DNA from: an uncultured Chloroflexia bacterium
GTDB lineage: Bacteria; Chloroflexota; Anaerolineae; Anaerolineales; UBA11858
Direction of reading: 5' to 3'
Assembly (NCBI GenBank): GCA_963712165.1
Contig: CAVQGY010000002.1
Coordinates: 618,795 to 682,794, forward strand
DNA length: 64,000 bases
How positions within the stretch are numbered: the stretch's first letter is position 1; each line of letters begins with the position of its first letter. The notes beneath the pieces are model-generated. The model saw nothing but the letters and a program-made list of their open reading frames with translations, made no database searches and was not told the DNA's origin. A program made the position numbers and the translations under genes. Shown here in pieces: positions 10,611-20,113 of the stretch.

Positions 10611-10796
10611 TGTGCACTCATCGTTCTTAACCCTAGAAATCAAATATTCAATCAGCTGGAAGGTATTGATCGCTGTGATTTCAACGCCAGGGTTGTTACG
10701 GGCAAATATTCCATCGGCAAATACTTGGCTTATTGATTCAATCCCGGGAAAATTGTCAGTTACGGAACTATTTCCCAGGTTAAATCGTGCTTTCAT
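10605..10796 (-). CDS. small hypothetical protein (mini-cassette)
   Basis: 63 aa ORF filling the interval between two attC; stop in R''. Confidence 0.5.
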   Translation of the reverse strand: MKARFNLGNSSVTDNFPGIESISQVFADGIFARNNPGVEITAINTFQLIEYLISRVKNDECTS

Positions 10797-10808
10797 AAAT
10801 CACCTGCG

Positions 10809-10867
10809 ATCTAACGGTTGAGTTGGGTGCAGTTTTCTGTAGGGGCGCCTCCCAGTAGGCCTTAGAT
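10809..10867 (-). repeat. short degenerate attC
   Basis: ATCTAACGGTTGAG...CCTTAGAT, ~59 bp. Confidence 0.45.
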
Positions 10868-11466
10868 TATTGGGTTTCCAGGTTCGATACCTCGTCATAA
10901 ACCTTTTGTCCCTTTAAAGAGGACACTCCGCCTGAAACCATGAAAGCCATTGCTCTTCCACTGTCTATTTCAAGTGGCGTAATTTGTTCTCTGTTGGCAA
11001 TGATCACAAACCCGCCCAGGTTGAAAGCTTGAGGAACGTACACCGCAACGCTATCTGCTGCACCTAGGTCCGACAAGAACTCTCTAGTAATAAACCCCAT
11101 AAACTGGATGCCACTTCCAGGCAGGAGCGAGACCATCACAGGCTGATTAAACTGCTTTTCATCCCCAACGAATGCGCTCATCATATCCTTAACAGAGGAA
11201 TAGATCATCTTTCCGACAGGCATACGGTTAAATAGGTTGTCGATGAGGTTTGTTAAGCTCCTAGCAAGAACTGTAGAGACAAGGAAGCCAGTAATAGTGA
11301 CCAGCGACAACATGAGCAGAAAACCCAAACCCGGGATATCAAAATCAAATACTTGATCAATCCTTAAGAAGACTATATATAGGACGTAGACAGTTGCGAC
11401 TATTGGGATGAGAAATAATAAACCTTGACCGAAGTATGCAGCAATTTTTTTCACGGATCCTCCCAT
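10867..11466 (-). CDS. DUF502 domain membrane protein
   Basis: YSSVKD, GFIT, AVYVPQAFN.GG, AMAFMVSGG. Confidence 0.85.
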   Translation of the reverse strand: MGGSVKKIAAYFGQGLLFLIPIVATVYVLYIVFLRIDQVFDFDIPGLGFLLMLSLVTITGFLVSTVLARSLTNLIDNLFNRMPVGKMIYSSVKDMMSAFVGDEKQFNQPVMVSLLPGSGIQFMGFITREFLSDLGAADSVAVYVPQAFNLGGFVIIANREQITPLEIDSGRAMAFMVSGGVSSLKGQKVYDEVSNLETQ

Positions 11467-11518
11467 GATTGGTAATTTTGGTAGACTTACTGCCTAGACT
11501 GGATTCTAAGTAACCCGA

Positions 11519-11647
11519 TTTTTACGGATGAGCTCACTTGTCCTGAGGAACGAAGGGTCGCGAAGCATCCTTTAGCTCACCCGCAGTCGGGCCCAATTTT
11601 TAAATTTTCATTTCACCCAGGCTTTCAGGTGGACTCGGGGGTTATTA
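11519..11647 (-). repeat. attC with L-box insertion
   Basis: GGATGAGCT[CACTTGTCCTGAGGAACGAAGGG]TCGCGAAGCATCCTTTAGCTCACCCGCAG...GGTGGACTCGGGGGTTAT. Confidence 0.75.
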
Positions 11648-12136
11648 TATTTCCTCTCCTGTATCTGGCAAATCTTGATCTTCTGTTGTTAATTCTTTGA
11701 TCATCCGGACACTATCTAGTGGACGATCTGTATATAAACTCACATAGTCCCAACCTAAGACTTGATAGAATGGCACTGCAGTCAAACTCGCGTCAAGCCA
11801 AAGACCATCCACATTATGAGCGATGGCATCCTCGTATGCATGCTCCATTAACATAGTTCCAATACCTTGTCTGGAGAATTCAGGTTCAACACAAATAGAA
11901 CAAAGCTCATTCGTTTCAGGGTACCAGCGAACATACCCTAGCAATCTTCCGCCATCTTCAGCTATAAAAACCCGCTGTGTTTCCAAACGCCAATAATATT
12001 TTTCCAGGGGGCTTTTATTGATCCACTCCTCTAATTGCTGGATTGTATAGTCGTCTCGACACAGCTCCATTACAGCTCGGTCATGAAGCTCTTTCATTTT
12101 TTGGACATCATCAATAACTGCTTTCCTGATGATCAT
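11645..12136 (-). CDS. GNAT family N-acetyltransferase
   Basis: V.P...RQGIG..L, ASLTAVPFY..LG. Confidence 0.85.
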   Translation of the reverse strand: MIIRKAVIDDVQKMKELHDRAVMELCRDDYTIQQLEEWINKSPLEKYYWRLETQRVFIAEDGGRLLGYVRWYPETNELCSICVEPEFSRQGIGTMLMEHAYEDAIAHNVDGLWLDASLTAVPFYQVLGWDYVSLYTDRPLDSVRMIKELTTEDQDLPDTGEEI

Positions 12137-12156
12137 TGTGGATCGACTTTTTAGAA

Positions 12157-12196
12157 CGTAGCGGATGAGATTTTCATAGGGGAGCTTGTGTTAGAC
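12157..12196 (-). repeat. collapsed attC remnant
   Basis: GCGGATGAG...GGAGCTTGTGTTAGAC; central part deleted. Confidence 0.4.
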
Positions 12197-12231
12197 CGCC
12201 AGTGATTAATCGTGGCGTCTATCTGCCTTCG

Positions 12232-12789
12232 TCATTTTGTTTTACATGTCCATAACACAAAACTTACATCTTCAGATTTGATTTCTTTCTGTTCAACTAA
12301 GTCAAATCCTGTAGATTCTAAGGTCTGTTTGAGAGATTTAAGCGATCGATTCGCGCCTGGGACTCCCTTGTCTTTGGCAATAATAAAACTTCCTGAGGGT
12401 ACCAGGATGCGTTGGACCTCTTTCAAACCTTGGTGAAGATCATGCCAATGATCAACTGAGTCGAAAGCAAAGACAAGATTGGCGATGTTATCATCAACTG
12501 GTATTTCTTCTGCTGATCCTACCTTGAAATCGATCTGATAATCAACCTCATGTTTTTCTGTCAATTCTTTTGCGATCTCGATCATTCGTGGTACAGGGTC
12601 AATCCCGATCAAGGTGCCATCTTTGACCCTGGCCGCTGCATGGCGAAGGGCGGATCCAGTACCACAACCCACATCAATGATAGTTGAATGATCAGGTAGG
12701 TCTATATTCTCTACAGCCAATTTATTGGTGGGGTAATCACCATAGTTAGCTGCGTACCATTCCGCTGTTTCCGAATTCCATTCAGTCAT
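12232..12789 (-). CDS. class I SAM-dependent methyltransferase
   Basis: IIDVGCGTG, GIDP, RILVPSG. Confidence 0.9.
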   Translation of the reverse strand: MTEWNSETAEWYAANYGDYPTNKLAVENIDLPDHSTIIDVGCGTGSALRHAAARVKDGTLIGIDPVPRMIEIAKELTEKHEVDYQIDFKVGSAEEIPVDDNIANLVFAFDSVDHWHDLHQGLKEVQRILVPSGSFIIAKDKGVPGANRSLKSLKQTLESTGFDLVEQKEIKSEDVSFVLWTCKTK

Positions 12790-12816
12790 AGTTTTTTAAG
12801 ATGGTCGTTCTATGGG

Positions 12817-12895
12817 AGGTGCCCTTTGCCTTCGCTTTCCTCATCAGGCTCGGGACAGGAAGGACAGGCCAGTCGAAGGGGAGCTGAAGTTGGGC
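12817..12895 (-). repeat. half attC remnant with micro-element
   Basis: AGGTGCCC...GTCGAAGGGGAGCTGAAGTTGGGC. Confidence 0.4.
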
Positions 12896-12904
12896 AGCAG
12901 ACAC

Positions 12905-13801
12905 CTACTCGCTTCTCTGCAGTAAATATTCATCAAAAAACCCTACCACACGCTCCTCGTACTTAATAGGATACATGGGGTACATTCCTACATGGTTCAC
13001 ACCAGCTTCAGTCCATAAATAGCGGGGATCTCCTGAAGCATCATACAGGCGCTTTGCAGAATCTGCGGGTATCATGCCATCCGCTTCTCCCTGGATGATC
13101 ATTACTGGTCGAGGACTTATCGCTCTAATTCGATCTACCGGACGCAACATTTCTACCTTCACCCCGGTTTCTTTCTCAGCAAAGAATCGGATAAATGGCA
13201 AGAATATCCTGCTTGATACCGCCCATCTCAGTTCATCTTCCAGTGTGGGAAAGGCGCTATCCACTATCACAGCCTCTATCTCAAGGCGCCTCGATGCCAG
13301 CTCCAGCACTGCCACTCCCCCCATAGAACTTCCCCAGGCTCCGATATGCTCCACGCCTGCCTGGCGCAAAGCGTACTCTAACGCAGCCTCCACATCCAAT
13401 GCTTCATAATATCCTAATGTGCTCAGTTCTCCACCGCTATCACCATGTGCCCGAAAATCCCATGCCAGGACCCCGTATCCATTACGCGCATATAGCACAT
13501 ATTGGTCTACAGACCGCTTATCCCCATGACCATGGGCAACCAAAATCAGCGCTCCGTTTACTGGAGGTGTATACCACGCTGCCAGCTCTATCCCATCAAC
13601 AGTGACCAATTGAATATTTTCGTAGTCAATCCCATATACATCTGGTGTTTTGTTATCTAAAAGTTGGTTTCGTTGTGGATGTAAGTATCTTGAAGTGCTG
13701 TTAAAAGATGCGAATGCAATACTCCCGATAAACAATCCGCATAATACGATCAGGCCAAAGGAGAACAGATTGAACCAATACCGCCAACCCTTATTCTTCA
13801 T
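12905..13801 (-). CDS. membrane-anchored alpha/beta hydrolase
   Basis: DFRAHGDS, GSSMGG nucleophile elbow, QGEAD, catalytic His. Confidence 0.9.
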   Translation of the reverse strand: MKNKGWRYWFNLFSFGLIVLCGLFIGSIAFASFNSTSRYLHPQRNQLLDNKTPDVYGIDYENIQLVTVDGIELAAWYTPPVNGALILVAHGHGDKRSVDQYVLYARNGYGVLAWDFRAHGDSGGELSTLGYYEALDVEAALEYALRQAGVEHIGAWGSSMGGVAVLELASRRLEIEAVIVDSAFPTLEDELRWAVSSRIFLPFIRFFAEKETGVKVEMLRPVDRIRAISPRPVMIIQGEADGMIPADSAKRLYDASGDPRYLWTEAGVNHVGMYPMYPIKYEERVVGFFDEYLLQRSE

Positions 13802-13827
13802 TTATTCCTTCATTCCATATGTGGACT

Positions 13828-13970
13828 GGCTAACGGATGAGCTTCGCGAAGTATCTTTTGGGCACCTAGTGTCAGGACCAGCTGTTATTGATTATAGATC
13901 AGAAACCAAAAAGGTTATAAGAGTTAGAATGCCCAGGGAGCGAGGAGATCAGGTATTGCGGGTCTTGGGT
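13828..13970 (-). repeat. degenerate attC with L-box insertion
   Basis: GGCTAACGGATGAGCT[TCGCGAAGTATCTTTTGGG]CACC...TCAGGTATTGCGGGTCTTGGG. Confidence 0.6.
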
Positions 13971-13992
13971 GGTTTTGGTGCTGAAAGGCACC

Positions 13993-15135
13993 CTATGCCT
14001 TCCTCATTTGCTTGTGATGAAATAACCATATTCCGATCACAAAATATAACGCTGAAAGGAAAGATAGTGATATTAATTCATAGCCAACATCCATGAATCC
14101 GGCCCCAAGGGTGAGTATTTTATTCAATGCGACGATGGCATGGGTAGGAGGGATAATATCGTAGAGATTGATAACACGTCCAGCCACTTCAAAAAAACGG
14201 ATGCGAGGTAGAGGATACACTGCACCAGAGAAAAACATGAAGAAGATCAGGGGAAAGTTGGCGATGATGAATGCCTGGCTAACGGTCTTCGAAAAGGCAG
14301 CAACGATTAAACCAACACCGACGACTGCAATGGATGTGATTGCCCCAATGATCATCGCTGTCCAGATGGGACCCTCGCTTTCAAACCCCAGTGCCATCGC
14401 GGAAAGAAGTGTCAGGATTATTGCAGTGATGCCCAGCAGGATAGTCGATAGGCTGACCCCGGTGAGCAAATCGAAAGCCTTCATGCGGGTGAGTTTCAAG
14501 CGGTGCAAAGTCCCGGATTCGACTTCGTAAGCGATTGTCATAGAAACGATGAAGACCAGCATCACAACTGATATGATGAGCATCCCCGGCACGTACAGGT
14601 CGAATTCGGAACGGCCTCCCGACGCCCCCAACGCAATCTCTTCCATCGTGATTGGACGCGTTTCATTTGTGACCTCCTGCACGAATTCGTCAACGGCACT
14701 ACTGGCCAATATAGCGCCAACGGCGTAGTAGGGGTTGGTCAGGTCGCCAATCAGGGTGAGCATAGATGCGGCGGATTTGTCCCCCTGGGAAGCTGCCAGG
14801 AGCGTTTCAGAGAAATCCTCCGGGATAATGATAAGAACTTCGGCGTCGCGATCCCGGAGCAGAATCTCGCCTTCCTCTCGATCGCTTATGGTTGTCACAT
14901 CCAGGAGGGGATCGCCGCTGGCGTAGGAAAGGGTCTCCAGCACGGTAACTATTTCTGCCCCAGATGATCCCAGGTCTTGATTAAGTATCATCACGCCGTA
15001 GGTTGTCGAGCCGCTCGGAATCATTAACCAGTACAGCAGAACGAAGAACGGCCCGATGATCAAGCTAAGACTCATCGTGCTCCAGTCACGCGACTGTTCC
15101 TTGAGGCTTTTCCAAAATATCTTAATTATTTTCAT
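13993..15135 (-). CDS. ABC-2 type transporter permease
   Basis: E.ESGTL.RL, FFSGAVYP, P.THA motifs. Confidence 0.9.
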   Translation of the reverse strand: MKIIKIFWKSLKEQSRDWSTMSLSLIIGPFFVLLYWLMIPSGSTTYGVMILNQDLGSSGAEIVTVLETLSYASGDPLLDVTTISDREEGEILLRDRDAEVLIIIPEDFSETLLAASQGDKSAASMLTLIGDLTNPYYAVGAILASSAVDEFVQEVTNETRPITMEEIALGASGGRSEFDLYVPGMLIISVVMLVFIVSMTIAYEVESGTLHRLKLTRMKAFDLLTGVSLSTILLGITAIILTLLSAMALGFESEGPIWTAMIIGAITSIAVVGVGLIVAAFSKTVSQAFIIANFPLIFFMFFSGAVYPLPRIRFFEVAGRVINLYDIIPPTHAIVALNKILTLGAGFMDVGYELISLSFLSALYFVIGIWLFHHKQMRKA

Positions 15136-16070
15136 TCCCGCAATCTCCGTCCAGTTAGAAGGATGAAGACATCTTCCAGAGAATTTTCCCGCACCCGCAC
15201 TTCCCCGGGTTGAACCCCCGCCGCAGTGAACCTTTCTAGTATCACTGGAAGCAGGTTCACAACATCGAGGGCGCGGATATACAGAGTTTCATCCGTCATG
15301 GTGATGATGGCGCGATCTTCTAAATTATCCAGAGCTACCCGGGTGGGGGCACTTTTATCTGGCAGGGTGATTTCCAGAACATCACCCTCGCCCACGCTAT
15401 GTTTGAGCGCCTTCGGTGAATCAAGGACGAGCAGTTCTCCATAATCGATGATCGCGACCCGGTCCGCGATACGTTCAGCTTCGTCCATGTTGTGAGTGGT
15501 CAGAATGATGGTTTTTGTCTGGGCAAGGGTCTTGATATACTCGCGCACTCTGATACGGCTTTGAGGATCGAGCCCGGCTTCAGGTTCGTCGAGAATTACA
15601 ATTTCCGGATCATGGACGAGTGCCATTGCGAGGTTTAAGCGACGCTGCATACCTCCTGATAGGGTCCTGGCGAGTTTATGAGCAACCTCGATCAGATCCA
15701 ATTTTTCCAGTAAATGATTGGACTGTTGCCGAGCCTGAGCGGCCTTGAGACCGTACATCTCCCCGATGAACTGAAGTTGTTCCAAGCAGGTTAGTTTCTT
15801 CCAGAGCACAATTTCCTGCGGACAGACTCCTACTCTGCTTCGGAGATCTGCGCTGCCGCTGGAGATGGTTTGACCATGGATCGTTACCTGTCCATCGTCC
15901 GGTTGGAGCAGTCCGCACATCATGTTGATCGAGGTCGTCTTGCCAGCACCATTAGGACCCAGTAAACCAAACACCTCCCCGGCATACACTTCAAGACTGA
16001 GATTCTTTACAGCGAAGAGGTCCCCGTAGCTTTTAGTTAGGCCATTGGCCTGAAGAACAACCTTATTCAC
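15132..16070 (-). CDS. ABC transporter ATP-binding protein
   Basis: GPNGAGKTT, LSGGMQRR, ILDEP, TTH; GTG start inferred. Confidence 0.92.
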   Translation of the reverse strand: MNKVVLQANGLTKSYGDLFAVKNLSLEVYAGEVFGLLGPNGAGKTTSINMMCGLLQPDDGQVTIHGQTISSGSADLRSRVGVCPQEIVLWKKLTCLEQLQFIGEMYGLKAAQARQQSNHLLEKLDLIEVAHKLARTLSGGMQRRLNLAMALVHDPEIVILDEPEAGLDPQSRIRVREYIKTLAQTKTIILTTHNMDEAERIADRVAIIDYGELLVLDSPKALKHSVGEGDVLEITLPDKSAPTRVALDNLEDRAIITMTDETLYIRALDVVNLLPVILERFTAAGVQPGEVRVRENSLEDVFILLTGRRLRE

Positions 16071-16147
16071 GTTTGAAGCCCCTTTGTCAGTAAGGGTGTG
16101 GCGTATCTGAACTTGTTTGGAGACAATCCTGCTGTTACTGTTCTTCC

Positions 16148-16349
16148 GACTAACGGATGAGCTCACATGTCCTGAGGATCGAAGAGTTGCGAAGCATCTA
16201 TCCTGCGGGTAAGGGCACCCGTAGCAGGATTCAAGTATTCAGTAATCATTGTAACCGGTCGGAAGCGAAGCTTCCATCCGTCTTCGGTCTCTTTACACCG
16301 GTCGTTCGATCAGCGACCATCCTGCTGCCGGGTGGAGCGGGGGTTAGCC
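16148..16349 (-). repeat. attC with L-box insertion
   Basis: GACTAACGGATGAGCTCAC[ATGTCCTGAGG..]...GGGTGGAGCGGGGGTTAGCC. Confidence 0.8.
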
Positions 16350-16397
16350 GTTCAAAAATGGGAACCTAATCCTGCCCCATGCTTTTATCCAGTTTTG

Positions 16398-16853
16398 TCA
16401 CTTCACTAAAAGAGGAGCTCCTGAATAGTTCGCCCAAGTACCCTGCAACATTTCGGCACAGTCCAACGCATATAGGCCTGGTTCAAGATCGAAGATCATC
16501 AACCGAGTGTCACTTATCACCGGCTTGTGGCTCTCGATAGAGGCCCATGTAGGAAAACTGGTTGATGTTTTTCCCTCACTATAGTGATCAAGAAAATCAT
16601 CCCAGGTCTTACCTTCTTCAAGTCTATATATCCTGAGAGTTACATTCGCTTCTGTGGTATTGTCAAAAGTGAGAGTAAATTCTCCACGGGTAATTACCGG
16701 GGGACCTTCATATATGCATTTTTCTGGTTCAAAAGTGACGGTAAGTGCGTCAACATCTACCGGGGCAATAGTCTCTTCAGTTTGAGAACAACTTGATAGG
16801 AGCACGGGGACAATGAGGAGAAGGATGATCCCTAGTTGGGAAATACATTTCAT
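16398..16853 (-). CDS. hypothetical lipoprotein
   Basis: Lipobox LLSSC, GGAGG RBS. Confidence 0.65.
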   Translation of the reverse strand: MKCISQLGIILLLIVPVLLSSCSQTEETIAPVDVDALTVTFEPEKCIYEGPPVITRGEFTLTFDNTTEANVTLRIYRLEEGKTWDDFLDHYSEGKTSTSFPTWASIESHKPVISDTRLMIFDLEPGLYALDCAEMLQGTWANYSGAPLLVK

Positions 16854-16926
16854 ATTAAACCTCCTAATGTTAATTGCTTCTAACCGGGACTTCCGTGTAT
16901 TATCCTTCCTCCTCGTTTTGTTGGAT

Positions 16927-17042
16927 GCCTGCCGGATGAGCTCATTTGTCCTGAGGAACGAAGGGTTGCGAAACATCTACCCTGCGGGTAAGGGCACCTG
17001 CTCTGAGCGGAGACGAAGAGTCGGGTGGAGCGTGGGTTAGCC
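16927..17042 (-). repeat. attC with insertion; loop is one unexpanded micro-element
   Basis: Loop CTCTGAGCGGAGACGAAGAG; R' mutated (CCTGCC). Confidence 0.75.
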
Positions 17043-17489
17043 AGCAACTGTATAACCACTTTCTAGAATTGCTTTGATATTCTCCAAGCGCTCGCGTAAT
17101 TTGCGGAATAGGATCGCCCGGATAATCGGTTCAAAAAGTTTTAGTATCCCGTGGTAATGAAGTGTTTCGCGCTGGATCAGCTGAGTCCCATCCTTCTCTT
17201 GAATGAACTGATAGGCCAGTTGGCCATACATCCCAGCGCCTTTGAAATCTTCTTCAAGATGCTCGTTCGGTTCAAAACGAGTGATCTCGGACAGTATCTC
17301 GCCTCGATAGAAAGGTAGCATCTGTACCACTTCGCGGTAACAGGTTCCTACGCCTGGAGGACCAGGCGTTGTTTTTTCTAATACCAAGACGGGAGAACCC
17401 TCCTCCTGAGGAAATTTGTCCTTGTCTCTCAAGAAGGTAAAAACATCAATTGGTTCCCGATTGATCAATATGGACAATTCGAAGTACAT
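17037..17489 (-). CDS. SRPBCC family protein
   Basis: I.INRE..DVF.F, PPGVGT.Y.E, EIT.FEPN; stop in R''. Confidence 0.8.
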   Translation of the reverse strand: MYFELSILINREPIDVFTFLRDKDKFPQEEGSPVLVLEKTTPGPPGVGTCYREVVQMLPFYRGEILSEITRFEPNEHLEEDFKGAGMYGQLAYQFIQEKDGTQLIQRETLHYHGILKLFEPIIRAILFRKLRERLENIKAILESGYTVAG

Positions 17490-17522
17490 GAAATATTCCT
17501 TTGCAATAAGGTAAATTTGGCT

Positions 17523-17580
17523 GGCTAACTGAAGAGCTCACCTGGCGGCGGTGCTAGTCAGCTGCGACGATCTATTATGT
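17523..17580 (-). repeat. short attC (degenerate)
   Basis: GGCTAAC..GAGCTCACCTGGC..GTCAGCTG...ATTATGT. Confidence 0.55.
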
Positions 17581-17583
17581 GTT

Positions 17584-17955
17584 CTAAAGCTCATAAGAGA
17601 GCTGAAATTGGTGGCCGTTCTCGTCTTGAGTAATGACCATAGATCCCGAAATAGATTGAAGCTCTCCACTTCCCGAACCCCTGAGAATGGTGATTTCTAA
17701 AGTCTGGCTCTCTCCATCCATAATCCCTTTGTGGACCAGCGTGAACGAGCCTTTCTTTCCTTCTAGCGAACCAGAGACCTCTTCGATGGCATAGTAGGCC
17801 GCCGCCCCGGCTTCCGTCCTCTTACTAATCATCTGACCGGTCCCGCTAGCGGTCAGACCACCAACGTAGGACTTTTTGATCAGCATCCGACCGGCAGAAA
17901 AGCCATCGTCAACTTGCGGTGTCAATTCGACGCTGAATGTTCCAGATACGGACAT
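17584..17955 (-). CDS. DUF3224 domain protein
   Basis: G.F.V, YYAIE.V.GSLEGKKGSF.LVH, GSGSGEL..ISG. Confidence 0.85.
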   Translation of the reverse strand: MSVSGTFSVELTPQVDDGFSAGRMLIKKSYVGGLTASGTGQMISKRTEAGAAAYYAIEEVSGSLEGKKGSFTLVHKGIMDGESQTLEITILRGSGSGELQSISGSMVITQDENGHQFQLSYEL

Positions 17956-18054
17956 TTATTAACCTCCTCGTTTGAAGCTCGGGCTGGGAAAGACAGACCA
18001 AGTAGTCCCACTAGGATAAGAGAATAAAATTACCTCACCGCATACTTCCTAGAC

Positions 18055-18326
18055 ACATAACGGATGAGCTCACTTGTCCTGAGGCACGAAGGGTTGCGAA
18101 GCATCTACCCTGCGGGTAAGGGCACCTGCTCTGAGCGGACCCCGAGAACTTCGCTTCGCTCTGCATAAACTCCGCCGAGGGGGCAGTTGAAGAGTCAGGT
18201 GGTCCCTTCTGAGCCCTTCGACTCTGACTCCGTCATCGCTCCCTTCGCTATAACTCAGGGCAGGCAGGGTAAACCTAGCCGAAGGGGACCCCCCTGAGCA
18301 AAGCCGAAGGGGAGCGGAGGTTAGCT
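18055..18326 (-). repeat. fully expanded attC (inserts in both L boxes and loop)
   Basis: 272 bp from ACATAAC to GTTAGCT; right part near-identical to 9437-9710. Confidence 0.85.
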
Positions 18327-18335
18327 GACTAATTG

Positions 18336-18647
18336 TTAGTCCTTATGGCCAAGCACATTCTCTGCTCGGGCCAGAAGGGAATCGAGGTTTTTGTATGTAT
18401 CTTCTGCCCTTTTGGCGACTTTACAAATGACAACAACTACTTCATTATCAAATATTGCATAAATAATCCGATACTGCCCTTGTCTAACCCGATATAAACG
18501 TTCTTCAAGTTTTACACAACCGGACGGCCTCGGATCTTCGCGAAGAGAGCGCATGGAAGTGACCACGCGCTCCAGTTGTTTTTTAGGTATTCGTATTAGC
18601 TGTTTTTCAACCTTGTGATGGATTTTTAGCGTATACCTTGGAGTCAT
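18336..18647 (-). CDS. relE: RelE/ParE family toxin
   Basis: L..DPRP.G..KL, YRVRQGQYRIIY.I. Confidence 0.85.
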   Translation of the reverse strand: MTPRYTLKIHHKVEKQLIRIPKKQLERVVTSMRSLREDPRPSGCVKLEERLYRVRQGQYRIIYAIFDNEVVVVICKVAKRAEDTYKNLDSLLARAENVLGHKD

Positions 18648-18904
18648 TGACCAATCCGCTCAAATACTTCTTCAGCATCTAATGCAACGTCAGGGTTTTC
18701 CATGTACTCTGCAATAGCCTGGCGACCATCAAGTAGATCTTCTAGGAGTTCAACTCGTTCAACTAAACTATCAAAAAGCTCAGGATCGATTAGCATAGCC
18801 TTAGGTTTGCTGTGAGAAAGTACCAGGAGAGGTCCATCTTCCAAGGAAGTTAGTAAAGATGATAAATCTGATCTTAGCTCGGAAACAGTAGTTGTCCTAA
18901 ACAT
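18644..18904 (-). CDS. Phd/YefM family antitoxin
   Basis: T.SELRS.LS.LL, P..V...KP.A; 4-nt overlap with toxin. Confidence 0.85.
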   Translation of the reverse strand: MFRTTTVSELRSDLSSLLTSLEDGPLLVLSHSKPKAMLIDPELFDSLVERVELLEDLLDGRQAIAEYMENPDVALDAEEVFERIGQ

Positions 18905-18917
18905 AGTCACCCTCATA

Positions 18918-18976
18918 ATGTACATAAATAATAATGAATTACGTACGCATTATATAACAAGAAAGGGGATTGTCAA
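18918..18976 (-). promoter_or_regulatory. TA promoter TTGACA-N16-TATAAT with TGTACA/CGTACG palindromes
   Basis: tgtcaa 18971-76 and attata 18949-54 on +; atgtacat 18918-25 resembles the yefM-yoeB operator core. Confidence 0.65.
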
Positions 18977-18999
18977 GGATTTTAAGTGTATGGATTGGC

Positions 19000-19216
19000 A
19001 GCTAACGGATGAGTTCACCCGTCCTGAGCGGAGCCCGAGCACTTCGCTTCGCTCTGCATAAACTCCGCCGAGGGGGCAGTTGAAGAGTCAGGTGGTCCCT
19101 CCTGAGCCCTTCGACTCTGACTCCGTCATCGTTCCCTTCGCTATAACTCAGGGCAGGCAGGGTAAACCTAGCCGAAGGGGACCTCCTGAGCAAAGCCGAA
19201 GGAGCGGGGGTTAGGC
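19000..19216 (-). repeat. expanded attC with nested insertions
   Basis: Same loop and L-box insert as 18055-18326. Confidence 0.85.
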
Positions 19217-19219
19217 AGA

Positions 19220-20032
19220 TCACATTCCCCAAAAAAGATAGAAGATCACTGCTTGTGGCCCATAATTCATTATGCCATGTAAGAGTGCTGGCGCAATAAC
19301 ACCTTCACTTTTTTCACGAACTAATCCAAAAAACAGACCCGCAATAATCGTCCATATAACGTGAGGCCAATTCAGCGTTCCAGAAAACCAGCCTGCGTGC
19401 CAAAAACCAAAAAGGATAGAGCTGATTATCAATCCCCATCCCCAACGAATTCCAAAAAACTGTTTGGGCTGGCCAAAAGCCGAATCAAGTCGAGATTGAA
19501 TATATCCCCGGAACAAGATTTCTTCACTCAAGGCAACAAGCAGGTAGAAATAAATAATTGAGACAATGACACTTCCTAGCCTCGACGAAATCTGTGTCAG
19601 CATTGGAAACAGTAATAAACTGGACCCAGCCCCGATTTTTTGCCGAACGGGCTGTTTATGGCGGACCATCCAAGCAAACCAGATAAGCAGCCCAATTTCG
19701 ATTGAGGAAATCAGGATTACGCCAACCCACTGCGTCCAATCTATCCAACTTAGAACGACACTTAACGTAAAAACGGGAAAGAAGCCCAGCTTGATGATTT
19801 CACCTTGATATGCCAATTTCTCCCGCATAGAGTTATCTTTTTGTTTTCGACAACTGATCAAGTAAATTGGGATTGATATCAACAGAAGAGTAGCATATCC
19901 TGCGATATGGTAACCGCCAAAAGAGTGGCTTATATTCGCGGCAACGGGATTTGATTGTATGGCCCAGAAAATATTAACCAACAAGAGGAAAATTAAGCTT
20001 ACTTCAATAACGGCAAGTATTTTAGATTTCAT
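19220..20032 (-). CDS. CPBP (Abi/CAAX) intramembrane metalloprotease
   Basis: EEILFRG, FGFWH, HGIMN. Confidence 0.85.
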   Translation of the reverse strand: MKSKILAVIEVSLIFLLLVNIFWAIQSNPVAANISHSFGGYHIAGYATLLLISIPIYLISCRKQKDNSMREKLAYQGEIIKLGFFPVFTLSVVLSWIDWTQWVGVILISSIEIGLLIWFAWMVRHKQPVRQKIGAGSSLLLFPMLTQISSRLGSVIVSIIYFYLLVALSEEILFRGYIQSRLDSAFGQPKQFFGIRWGWGLIISSILFGFWHAGWFSGTLNWPHVIWTIIAGLFFGLVREKSEGVIAPALLHGIMNYGPQAVIFYLFWGM

Positions 20033-20047
20033 CTCAATTAATTATGG

Positions 20048-20105
20048 ACCTGACGGATGAGCTCAGCGGTGTGTACACCAGCGTCCGCTGCAGTGCGGGT
20101 TAGGC
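20048..20105 (-). repeat. short 58-bp attC
   Basis: GAGCTCAGCGG..CCGCTGCAGTGCGGGTTAGGC; sibling of 35714-35771. Confidence 0.75.
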
Positions 20106-20113
20106 AGAATCCA

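Noticed and set aside
19002-19232. ORFs lying in or starting within attC (also 21370-21618, 22496-22732, 16157-16369, 24943-25125, and the N-terminal extensions of 8747, 9727, 16398, 27591, 42766)
   Set aside because: They translate repeat DNA (recurrent MSS.. from GGATGAGCTC); no RBS or protein-like features
8747-20032. CPBP/Abi proteases as abortive-infection genes
   Set aside because: The Abi label of this family is historical; they are intramembrane proteases with no defence evidence here
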